A stretch of DNA of 63,996 nucleotides, the filler included, from an uncultured Methanosarcinales archaeon (GTDB taxonomy: Archaea > Nanobdellota > Nanobdellia > Woesearchaeales > JAGLXL01), in the NCBI GenBank assembly GCA_964472345.1. It is 7 parts of 7 records of this genome, joined end to end, with 100 filler letters (N's around TTAATTAATTAA, not from the genome) between each part and the next. Parts side by side here need not be neighbours in the genome. Positions count along the whole stretch, not along the records: positions 1 to 10,253 come from CAYYLB010000046.1; 6 more parts are not named here. The stretch is one strand, 5' to 3'. The first letter of the stretch is position 1. Each line of letters starts with the position of its first letter. A program made the position numbers and the translations under genes. Positions 1 through 8,368 of this stretch are shown here, piece by piece. The notes beneath the pieces are model-generated. The model was given only the letters and a program-made list of their open reading frames with translations, was not told the DNA's origin and made no database searches.

Positions 1-222
1 TGCCGCCGTTTTATCCTACCTCCATTATTTTCCGCTCTTGCTGATGCGTGCATACATTTTACTGAACCGCTGCCGATAATCCTTACTCACCTATCTTCTG
101 ACAAGTGCATCGATTGCGGCTGCCGGTACCATTAGTTTAAAACTCTTGTCAGGCATGCCTTCTCTTTCTCTGCTTGCGGTAAGTGCATTTTCAAGCTGGG
201 ATACCCATCTACACCACATGAT

Positions 223-768
223 TCACCTTAATCTTTTCGGCATTCGCGTATACTGCCATCCCTTTACTGTTCCATTATGGATTGAAAAGATCCTATTTCC
301 TTCACGGACCAATGCGTCCGCAGCTAGCGTAAATAATCTGTTCCTCACCGTGTCAAAGATACCAAAGGAACGGATACCAAAGGAATCAACGTGGTAAATG
401 ATGATCCTGCCGCCCATGGATATATAGCATTCATATATGTGGTTTATTATCTGTGCCAGCTCTGGTTCGGTTGGTCTAAGATCAAAACCAACTATTCTGT
501 GGTGCTCACTGTAGCTGTAGTTGGGTTTATCTTCTCCCGTTTTAATCCCCGTTATCTCGCCAACCACGTAATCGCCTTTCTCGTCTATATACTTGATACG
601 TCCTGTTTCCACGTATTTAACTTCGTCATGCCTCATAACGGCACGTGCGGCATTCAAGCGGCTTTCGAGTGTTTTAGGGGACACATCCCTCATTCTGACT
701 TCACTACAGATTTGGTCCTTGACATTTCTGCTGACTTTAATCCCTATCAGGAGTGGTTGATCCTTCAT
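223..768 (-). CDS. hypothetical protein (orphan, AT-rich), divergent from Lrp regulator
   Basis: 181-aa ORF, AGGTGA RBS just upstream of ATG; no recognisable motif. Confidence 0.7.
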   Translation of the reverse strand: MKDQPLLIGIKVSRNVKDQICSEVRMRDVSPKTLESRLNAARAVMRHDEVKYVETGRIKYIDEKGDYVVGEITGIKTGEDKPNYSYSEHHRIVGFDLRPTEPELAQIINHIYECYISMGGRIIIYHVDSFGIRSFGIFDTVRNRLFTLAADALVREGNRIFSIHNGTVKGWQYTRMPKRLR

Positions 769-922
769 TTTGATTCACCTTTGGTGATAGTCAATTCCCG
801 AATTTTTAGTTACACCATAGTAGTATAACCTTAGATTATTAAGTCTTTCTATGATTTTTCCATAACTTTTCGATAAATTTAAATAATAATACGGATTATT
901 AGGAAAACAGGGGGTACAAGAG

Positions 923-1396
923 ATGAAGCAGCCCGAGTTTTTCGACCAAAAAGACAGGCAAATCCTGCTTATCCTGCAGGAGAACGGGAGAGCGACACTC
1001 ACAACCATCGCTAAAAAGGTGAACCTGTCTATTGACAGCGTAAAGGCACGCATAGAAAAACTTCACGAAAAAAAGATTATCGGCAGAATAAAGGCACTGC
1101 TGATACCAAGAAATATGGGCTATCCATTGGTAGCGGATGTCAAAATCAAGCTGCAGAACAATACTCAGGAAGACACCGACAAGTTCATGTCGTACTTAAA
1201 AAAGCACCCCCGGGTGATAGAGTTGCTCAGTCTTATGGGCGACTATGATCTTACCTGTGTCCTCATCGCAAAGGACCCAGCAGAACTAGAAAAAATCCAG
1301 CAGGAAATCAGGCAAAAATTCAACACCATCATCTCAGACTGGAGGGGATTTCTGATTTTGAACGTGCATAAGTTCGAAGACTATTCACTGGAGTAG
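923..1396 (+). CDS. Lrp/AsnC family transcriptional regulator
   Basis: N-terminal DQKDRQILLILQENGRATLTTIAKKVNLS HTH; C-terminal RAM domain with GDYDL. Confidence 0.92.
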   Translation: MKQPEFFDQKDRQILLILQENGRATLTTIAKKVNLSIDSVKARIEKLHEKKIIGRIKALLIPRNMGYPLVADVKIKLQNNTQEDTDKFMSYLKKHPRVIELLSLMGDYDLTCVLIAKDPAELEKIQQEIRQKFNTIISDWRGFLILNVHKFEDYSLE

Positions 1397-1419
1397 TTCG
1401 CCTGGTCTGTCAAAGTCCC

Positions 1420-1473
1420 CTATCCGCTCTTCCACAGCCAGACCGCCATCGCTCCGGAGGCGAGGAAGGCGAT
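1420..1473 (-). repeat. vestigial duplicate of the 3' end of the gene at 2681..2878
   Basis: 1423-1472 matches 2687-2736 at 47/50 nt; encodes IAFLASGAMAVWLWKSG-stop. Confidence 0.9.
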
Positions 1474-1560
1474 GTGTAATGGCGGATTCGCCGCTCCGTC
1501 GTCCGATCCCAGCACTATATTTATATACTACCAGTTTATATATCTAAACTTAGGGTTTAT

Positions 1561-2154
1561 ATGAAAGAAATCACCAAAGCGGAAATGGACATTGTGCTCA
1601 AACTCGTAAAAAGCCCGGAAGCAGATTACAATGCGAACACTATCGCGAAAGCCGTAGGGATCACTGCCATGGGCGCACTCAAAATACTCAAACGGCTGGA
1701 AAGCGAATCGATCTTACAGTCAAGGAAAATCGGCAAAGCGGTCATCTATCGGGTACCTGCCGGGAACGCCTACGCTCACCGCTATGCGGGATTGCTCCTG
1801 TCCCGGGAGGCCCTGCACGCGAATCCCAACATAAAAAGATGGGTCCGGGAATTGGGAAAGATAAAAAACGCTGACCTCATCGTTCTCTTCGGCTCTGTCT
1901 TAAAGACGCCCAACCCCAACGATATTGATGTTCTCCTGGTAACCGACCAAAAGCGATTCTCCAAACTCCAGCAGGAGATAAAGGAACTCAATGGCATGGG
2001 CACGAAGAGGGTCCATCCCCTGTACCAGACAAACAGCGACATCATCAACAACATCAAAAAGCGGGACAAGCCCATCCTCCATGCAATCAAGGGCATCGTT
2101 GTTGCGGGAGAGGAAAGGTTCCTTGAGATCTACCATGAGTCACGCAAAGAATAA
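1561..2154 (+). CDS. wHTH plus minimal nucleotidyltransferase (MNT) antitoxin-like protein
   Basis: N-terminal wHTH; LFGS...NDIDVL motif; overlaps downstream HEPN gene. Confidence 0.85.
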   Translation: MKEITKAEMDIVLKLVKSPEADYNANTIAKAVGITAMGALKILKRLESESILQSRKIGKAVIYRVPAGNAYAHRYAGLLLSREALHANPNIKRWVRELGKIKNADLIVLFGSVLKTPNPNDIDVLLVTDQKRFSKLQQEIKELNGMGTKRVHPLYQTNSDIINNIKKRDKPILHAIKGIVVAGEERFLEIYHESRKE

Positions 2155-2650
2155 GGTCGCATGGTGCCTGAACAAGGCAAAGAAGGAGCTGCAGGAGGGA
2201 AAGCGGCATCGCGGGCTGGTCAGCGTTGCTGCCGATCCTGAAAAGGCGAGGGAACACGTCGCCAAAGCGGAGCATAACCTTATGGTCACCTTCTATCTTC
2301 AAAAAGGGGGATATACAGACTGGTGTTCCAGCAGCTTATTTTATGTCATGTACCACTGCTTTCTTGCCATCCTCGCGAAGCTTGGCTACGAAACACGAAA
2401 TCAGGAGTGCACCTTTGCCCTCATCGCCAGCCTCATCGAAGACAAACGCATCGCCATCGGCCAGGAAGACCTGGAAAAAGTGAGCATGCTCAACATAATA
2501 GAGACACAGGAATCCCCGGAGACGGCGGTAAGCATCAGGGAAGAGTATCAGTACAGCACAAAAGTGTCCCTGGAAAATAATGAGTACCAAGAGCTCCTTC
2601 AGCTCGCAAAACGCATCCTCAATCAAACAAAAGAAACATTGGAGATGTAG
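2135..2650 (+). CDS. HEPN domain protein
   Basis: KAEHNL...FYVMYH helix pattern, REEYQY (Rx4Y); start taken at ATG 2135. Confidence 0.85.
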   Translation: MSHAKNKVAWCLNKAKKELQEGKRHRGLVSVAADPEKAREHVAKAEHNLMVTFYLQKGGYTDWCSSSLFYVMYHCFLAILAKLGYETRNQECTFALIASLIEDKRIAIGQEDLEKVSMLNIIETQESPETAVSIREEYQYSTKVSLENNEYQELLQLAKRILNQTKETLEM

Positions 2651-2680
2651 GCGGGCGCTTCTGCCTGCGGCGAACTCCCG

Positions 2681-2878
2681 TTACCTTCCGCTCTTCCACA
2701 GCCACACGGCCATCGCTCCGGCGGCGAGGAAGGCGACATAGCTCACCGGCACGGGAATCGTAATATTGTTGATGGCTGCGGGCCAGGCGGCGATGCTGCG
2801 CAGCAGGTGCAGCAGCGCAATCAGCGCGAACAGCACGCTTGCGGTCGTCACGGCTGCGTTGGGTTGCTTGGATGGCAT
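2681..2878 (-). CDS. small two-TM membrane protein
   Basis: GAGGTG RBS before ATG 2878; two hydrophobic helices (LFALIALLHLLR; VSYVAFLAAGAMAVWLW). Confidence 0.75.
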   Translation of the reverse strand: MPSKQPNAAVTTASVLFALIALLHLLRSIAAWPAAINNITIPVPVSYVAFLAAGAMAVWLWKSGR

Positions 2879-3085
2879 GGGAATCACCTCTTGCATCCCC
2901 ATCATCTCCTCTATCTATATAAATCTGCCTGCGAAAACGTACTGCAGAAGGAGGGTGGAAGCGGCAATCACCTCAAGCGTCCAGCCATGACGGACTTCAA
3001 CTGCCCTGCTGTGCGCGCATAAACGACGCGGTCACTTCTCCTGCGGTGGAAAGGTATAAAAGAGCGGCGTATTTTCCGCGTACCC

Positions 3086-4483
3086 ATGCACGCGCAGGCG
3101 ATCTCCATTCCGAAAGCAAAAATAGGCCTTGAGATCCATGTGTATGTCGCGGTGGAAAACCGGCAGAAGCTCTTCTGCACCTGCCGCATCGATCCTGAAG
3201 CGGCACCGAACACGACCGTCTGCCCCATCTGCACCGGCCAGCCCGGGGCGAAGCCGATGCTGCCCAACGCCGATGCTGTCAAAAAGATCCTCAAGGCGGC
3301 GCTGATGCTCAACTGCACAACAAACAACGAGCTGGTCTGGCAGCGCAAGCATTATGACTACCCGGACCTGCCGAAAGGCTACCAGAGCACGATGTCGGGG
3401 AGCTATGCGGTGCCGGTCGGGGAGCAAGGGCATTTCCTCGGCATCGGAATCCGGGAGTGCCATCTTGAGGAAGATCCTGCGCGGTGGGATCCGGTGACGG
3501 GGTGCGTCGATTACAACCGCTCCGGCTATCCGCTGATCGAGATCGTGACAGAGCCGGACTTTACCGATGCATCACAGGTCCGCGAGTGGCTCAGGAAGCT
3601 GATGACGACGCTCAGCTACGTGAAGGCTGCGGAGCGCGGGATGGGCATCAAGTGCGACGTGAATGTGTCCATCGCCCCCGCTTTTATGAGGGTGGAGGTC
3701 AAGAATGTCAACTCGTTCACCTCGATCATCGCTACCATTGAGCACGAAATCGTTCGCCAGCAGCGCGAGCCGGTCAGGGAGCAGCACACACGCGCGTGGT
3801 CAGAGGCAGAGCAGGCAACGAAATTCATGCGCTCGAAGGAGCAGGCGCTGGACTACATGTTCATCCCCGACCCTGACCTGCCGGTTGTCGAGGTGACGGA
3901 GAAGATGCTGGCTGCGATCCGGGAAGAACTGCCGGAGAAGCCCGAGCAGAAGCTGAAAAAACTGCTGAAGGCGGGCGTGGAGCAGACGACGGCTGAGGTG
4001 ATTGCGACTGACCTGCCGCTGTCTGAGCTGTTTGAGCAGCTGTCGCGGAGCGTGAAGCCTGCGCTTGCGGGGAACTGGATCCGGAAGGAGCTGCTGCGGG
4101 TGATGAACGACCGCGATGCGCCGTTTGACGAGCTGGGGCTGCGGGAGGAGCATATCACAGAGCTGCTGGAGCTGCTTGAGGCCGGGAGCGTGACGGAGCA
4201 GGTAGGACGCGAGCTGCTGCGGAAGCTGCTGGAGAAGCCGTTCTCGCCGAAGCAGCTGGTGAAGAAGGAAGGGCTGGAAGCGATCGGCGGGGCGGCAGAG
4301 CTGGAGAGGCTGTGCAAGGAAACGCTTGCGAAAAACCCCGGGCCGGCTGCGGATTACCGCGCGGGAAAAGAGGAGGCGCTGAACTTTCTCGTCGGGCAGG
4401 TCATGAAAGCGACGAAAGGAAAGGCGAAGGCGCAGGAGGTGAAGGGGATCTTCGGGAGGCTTTTGAAGAGCACGGCGGGATGA
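3086..4483 (+). CDS. gatB: Asp-tRNA(Asn)/Glu-tRNA(Gln) amidotransferase subunit B
   Basis: IGLEIH, KLFC, RKHYDYPDLPKGYQ, HLEED, DYNRSGYPLIEIVTEPD, RVEVKN, FLVGQVMK. Confidence 0.96.
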   Translation: MHAQAISIPKAKIGLEIHVYVAVENRQKLFCTCRIDPEAAPNTTVCPICTGQPGAKPMLPNADAVKKILKAALMLNCTTNNELVWQRKHYDYPDLPKGYQSTMSGSYAVPVGEQGHFLGIGIRECHLEEDPARWDPVTGCVDYNRSGYPLIEIVTEPDFTDASQVREWLRKLMTTLSYVKAAERGMGIKCDVNVSIAPAFMRVEVKNVNSFTSIIATIEHEIVRQQREPVREQHTRAWSEAEQATKFMRSKEQALDYMFIPDPDLPVVEVTEKMLAAIREELPEKPEQKLKKLLKAGVEQTTAEVIATDLPLSELFEQLSRSVKPALAGNWIRKELLRVMNDRDAPFDELGLREEHITELLELLEAGSVTEQVGRELLRKLLEKPFSPKQLVKKEGLEAIGGAAELERLCKETLAKNPGPAADYRAGKEEALNFLVGQVMKATKGKAKAQEVKGIFGRLLKSTAG

Positions 4484-4531
4484 TCCTGCGCTGCCGCTTC
4501 CCATTCCTAATTGGCCGCTGCTTTTGGCAGC

Positions 4532-5140
4532 CTAGAGCATCTGTTCTATCTCCTTTCCGAATTCTTCTGCCCGTTCCAGGGACGTTTTTGCTTTGGCAGC
4601 CTTTATCTCCTCCGTTGATTCGTACTGGAATACGGAGCGTTTCTGCCTTTCAAACTCAAAATTCTGCAGAAGATTGTCGGATAATGCCAGCGCTTCCCCG
4701 CCCGCCAACTCATATTCCTCAATGAGGTGGTCTTTCAGCCTGTTCCTGACAAAGACGATGAGCGCATCAGCGGTTATGGCGAATCTCGTTATTTATCAAA
4801 CTTTTCCGAGATTCGCTAGAATAGCAAATTGCGGGTAAAAAGTTTGAAAATTTCCGCAATTTGCTATTACCTTATGCGCGACTTTCGAGCCGATCTTGTA
4901 ACCGATGCTGTACAGCAGGGCATTTGCGAGGTAAAACATGGAATAGTAGCTTATGACGACCACCCAGAGGTTCGAGAGCTTCTCATCCAGGAGCCTCCTC
5001 GCCGCCAGCAACGACTCACGGTGGTTTCTGAGATAGGTTTCAAAGACGATCTTCCTGAACTGCTCCTTCCTGATCAGCCCTTCGGACAGGTACACGCTGA
5101 CGCTCTTTCCTGCCTCTTTTACCCGCTCATTGCTTAACAT
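4532..5140 (-). pseudogene. HEPN domain gene interrupted by a 90-bp insertion
   Basis: N-half ends AHKV; frame resumes TADALIVFVRN...RSVFQY...EQML-stop at 4532 after removing 4777-4869. Confidence 0.88.
4777..4866. mobile_element. 90-bp double-hairpin element, TTA target duplication
   Basis: Two adjacent hairpins; TTA at 4774-4776 and 4867-4869; precise removal restores the HEPN frame. Confidence 0.85.
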
Positions 5141-5708
5141 CGCCCACCATCCGGTAAAATATCTCCGTCCCGTAAAGGATTACATTGTTTTTAACAATCT
5201 CATTCCCCACATTGAACTCCCTGCTTTTGAGCATTGCGAGAAAGTCTCCTGATGTGAATTCCTGCATATGAACATTAATAGGGGTTATGCCCAAAAGTGC
5301 CTGTGCCTCCTTCGTGACCTCCGGATCGTCCGTGATGAGGCAGAGGTCTATGTCCGAGCCTTTTTGGCTGGTTTTGTTCGCATACGAACCGAAAAGGAGC
5401 AGGCAGTAAAAAGGCCTTTTCACTTCTTTGATCCTTTTGTCGACGAGCCTGATGTCTTTGTTCCTGAACAGTTCCTGCTTCCGCATCTCCTCGATTTCAA
5501 CGATTTTGTTGGTATAAGTGTAATGAAACGTGCATACGTTGGCGTTTCCGTGCTTCGTCATCGTTATTAACCCTTCTTTCTCTAATTTCATCACCTCCTC
5601 ATAGGCAATCCTATAGTTCATCTTTAATGCTTCCGCTGCCTTTTTTATCGTAAATGTCCGGCCCTTGTTCTCCACAAACAGCCTGAGCACTCTGAGGTTG
5701 TTGTTCAT
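5127..5708 (-). CDS. wHTH plus MNT antitoxin-like protein
   Basis: wHTH N-terminus; FGSYANKTSQKGSDIDL (GSx10DxD). Confidence 0.88.
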   Translation of the reverse strand: MNNNLRVLRLFVENKGRTFTIKKAAEALKMNYRIAYEEVMKLEKEGLITMTKHGNANVCTFHYTYTNKIVEIEEMRKQELFRNKDIRLVDKRIKEVKRPFYCLLLFGSYANKTSQKGSDIDLCLITDDPEVTKEAQALLGITPINVHMQEFTSGDFLAMLKSREFNVGNEIVKNNVILYGTEIFYRMVGDVKQ

Positions 5709-5793
5709 TTTTTATTACTCCCTGCGCAACAATAATTACTTTTTTGTAATAGAACTATTATCTTTTTGTAATAGTATATAAAGGTTTCGGAAA

Positions 5794-7002
5794 TTACCCT
5801 AACCCCAGCACCTTCACCGCCCCCTTCTTCACGCGCTCCTCGAAGTCGCGCACCGTCTCGCCGTCGTTCTTCTCGGTCATCAGGGCGTGCATGAGCTCTT
5901 TGGTCAGCGCGGTTTCCTTCCCAGCGTCAATCCCGTCCATCCTGATCTGCTGGACGTGCTCGCGGATGAGCGCTTCCTCAAGCTCCTCAATGGGCTTCTG
6001 CTCGACCTTGATCTCCTCGAATTCCCTGCTGTGGAGCGCAGCCGTGTTGCGGAGCACGGCAAAGGCGCCGTCGCACTGCGCGAGCACTTCGCTGATATTG
6101 ATGTCGCTCACCTTTCCGCTTTTCAGCGTGCCCTCGAGGCGGAGCGTGACGATGGCATCATGAATGTCCTGCCGTTTCAGCTCAGCGGCGAGCAGCTCCT
6201 GGACGTCGCCGGGGGTGCGATCGTCGCAATTCAGCGTGATGGAGACGCGCTCCTTCAGCTTGAGCGCGATCCATTCGAGCCGGCCATCTTCAACGAGGTA
6301 GAAGCCGCCGTGGCCGTAGTCCTCGAGCTCCCTGAACGAGTTCGGGAAGAGCGCTCCGGGGTAGGTGACCGCGGCATAGTCCGGCTGGCGGTACTCGACG
6401 CGGTGGTGGATGTGGCCGCCGGCATAGTAGCGGAAGCCGCGCGGGAGGAGCGAGAGCGCGTAGGCGTCCATCTGCGCGAGATGCGCCGGCTTCAGCTCGG
6501 AAATCGCGGTGTGGAAGAGGAAGATCTTGTAGCCGGGCTCCCGCTCAAGGGACTCGCGGTCGAGATCCTCATAATAGAAGCGGTCAAGCATGCCCTTCTT
6601 GCCGAGCATGCCGGTGATCTTGACGCCGGTCTTCCTGTCGGTGGTGAACTTCAGGCGCAGCTTCTTTCCGATGACCTCGCCCTTGCAGACGTTGATGAGC
6701 AGGCCGGCGCTTTCGAAGACGTCGATCATCGTCTTCCCCGATGGCGAGAAGTCATGGCTGCCGGGGATCACGTAGACGGGAATGCCCCTGTCCTTGAGCT
6801 CCTTCAGCTTCTTCGCGGCCATGTTGAGCTTGTCAACGGCCGGCAGCGCAGTGTTGAACAGGTCGCCCGCGAAGAGGATGAAGTCAACGCTTTCCGCGAT
6901 GCAGCGCTCCATGGCCGCGAGAAAGACGGCGGTGCTCAGCTCGCGCAGCCGCGGGTCGCGCCAGCCGCCGATGTGAAGGTCGGAAAGGTGGGCGAATTTC
7001 AT
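5794..7002 (-). CDS. mre11: DNA double-strand break repair nuclease Mre11
   Basis: HLSDLHIG, AGDLFN, PGSHD, FHT, GGHIH phosphoesterase motifs; near herA. Confidence 0.92.
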   Translation of the reverse strand: MKFAHLSDLHIGGWRDPRLRELSTAVFLAAMERCIAESVDFILFAGDLFNTALPAVDKLNMAAKKLKELKDRGIPVYVIPGSHDFSPSGKTMIDVFESAGLLINVCKGEVIGKKLRLKFTTDRKTGVKITGMLGKKGMLDRFYYEDLDRESLEREPGYKIFLFHTAISELKPAHLAQMDAYALSLLPRGFRYYAGGHIHHRVEYRQPDYAAVTYPGALFPNSFRELEDYGHGGFYLVEDGRLEWIALKLKERVSITLNCDDRTPGDVQELLAAELKRQDIHDAIVTLRLEGTLKSGKVSDINISEVLAQCDGAFAVLRNTAALHSREFEEIKVEQKPIEELEEALIREHVQQIRMDGIDAGKETALTKELMHALMTEKNDGETVRDFEERVKKGAVKVLGLG

Positions 7003-7047
7003 GGGTGTGGTGGGCGAAAAAGTGTTTATATTGATTTCTCCACTGGA

Positions 7048-7803
7048 TTATCCTTCTTTCGGAGCCAAACCTTGATGACATAAGATGGATCCAATGGCAC
7101 CAGCAATCGTTCGGTTTCCTTCGAATTCTGGAAGACCATGCAGGTCTGCATCAGGAGCCATACGCTTTTTGACGGCTGCATAATCTTTCTCCATGAATTC
7201 AAGCTCTGCGAAGCTTGTTTCTGGCTTTAGCGACGTGCCTCGCCGCAGGAACTCTTCTCCTTCAAATCTGTCTACAAATGCGAACATTATCCCTATCACA
7301 AGCCGGATTGCAGTGTATACCAGCCTCTCACGGTTTTCAGGGTTGATTCTTTGTGATCGTTCGAACAGATAAGGGAAGAAATTCTTCGCGAACACCGGCT
7401 GATTGTAACCGTCGATTATATTGTAAAGGAGGTAAGCTTGATCGCATACTACTTTGGGGGCTTTATCATCAGGGCTTTTTTGTGCATATAAGTAACCAAA
7501 TGTGTGTACTGCAAACCGGGGATTGTTATAACTCATCAATGTCTGAAAAAATTCATATGCCTCATTCACAATCTCCCCCTTTTTTTCGGGAGGAGCATCC
7601 TTACACAGTGCCGCCACATCAGGATACACGAATGTGAACCATGATACCTGTCCGCCTTCTTGAACATGATTCTGCATCAGAGAAAAAATCTTTATATCAG
7701 GGGGTTCTGTGCCTTGCGGAGGTAAAGGAGCCTCTCCAAACAAGTATGTGATTTTTTCTCTGGAACTTGCTAATTCTTCCAATCCCACCTTGACCCCCCA
7801 CAC
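7048..7803 (-). CDS. hypothetical protein (AT-rich orphan)
   Basis: 251-aa ORF with upstream TTTATAAA box; start uncertain. Confidence 0.7.
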   Translation of the reverse strand: MWGVKVGLEELASSREKITYLFGEAPLPPQGTEPPDIKIFSLMQNHVQEGGQVSWFTFVYPDVAALCKDAPPEKKGEIVNEAYEFFQTLMSYNNPRFAVHTFGYLYAQKSPDDKAPKVVCDQAYLLYNIIDGYNQPVFAKNFFPYLFERSQRINPENRERLVYTAIRLVIGIMFAFVDRFEGEEFLRRGTSLKPETSFAELEFMEKDYAAVKKRMAPDADLHGLPEFEGNRTIAGAIGSILCHQGLAPKEG

Positions 7804-7915
7804 CTCAGAAAGTGCATCACCTGTTCGGTTTATAAATCTTGTTGTTTTTAACTATTTATTGGTAGCAAATGTTTCTCCGTAAGTTATTTATATCTCTTTG
7901 TACTCCGCAAACTTT

Positions 7916-8347
7916 ATGTATGAAGCAGCACAAATAAAGAGACAGATAGCACATATTAAAAAGCGTATTAGTCTTAACGCACTGGGAGTTGTTGATATCC
8001 AGGTTTTGATTAATTATGTTAAGACGCTTAAGAGGCAGCTTCTCGGTGTTAGGGCTGATTTTCTTCCGTTAAAGGCCACGTGCGAGGTATACCTGGTGGC
8101 ATTTGATGGCGCGACCAACTGGAAACATATCAAGCTTTTAGAGGGGTCTGCTGTTCATGTCAATAACATTCTTGTCATTGCTCGAACGCTTGCGAAGAAT
8201 CCTAAGCAAGCTAAAGAAGAGTATGGGGATTTTGCCACTATCAAGGCTGATCTCGAGCTCTCATTGCAACATCTTATAGAAGCTTTAACTGCTACTATCG
8301 AAGATGTTAGAGCACTCGCCGCCAAACGAGAACTTGCGAAAGTCTAA
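7916..8347 (+). CDS. hypothetical helical protein (AT-rich orphan)
   Basis: ORF with TTTATAT box about 25 nt upstream of ATG 7916. Confidence 0.65.
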   Translation: MYEAAQIKRQIAHIKKRISLNALGVVDIQVLINYVKTLKRQLLGVRADFLPLKATCEVYLVAFDGATNWKHIKLLEGSAVHVNNILVIARTLAKNPKQAKEEYGDFATIKADLELSLQHLIEALTATIEDVRALAAKRELAKV

Positions 8348-8368
8348 CTTTACTTCTCCTTGGAATGT

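Noticed and set aside
25..219. Minus-strand ORF with a good RBS and an in-frame TAG at 91-93, suggesting stop-codon recoding
   Set aside because: TAG ends many clear genes here (EF-2, radA, Lrp); more likely a short ORF or a nonsense mutation
5887..7083. Long antisense or alternative-frame ORFs (also 13834-15096, 22746-24266, 45465-46904)
   Set aside because: Shadow frames of high-GC3 genes with clear homology on the opposite strand or frame
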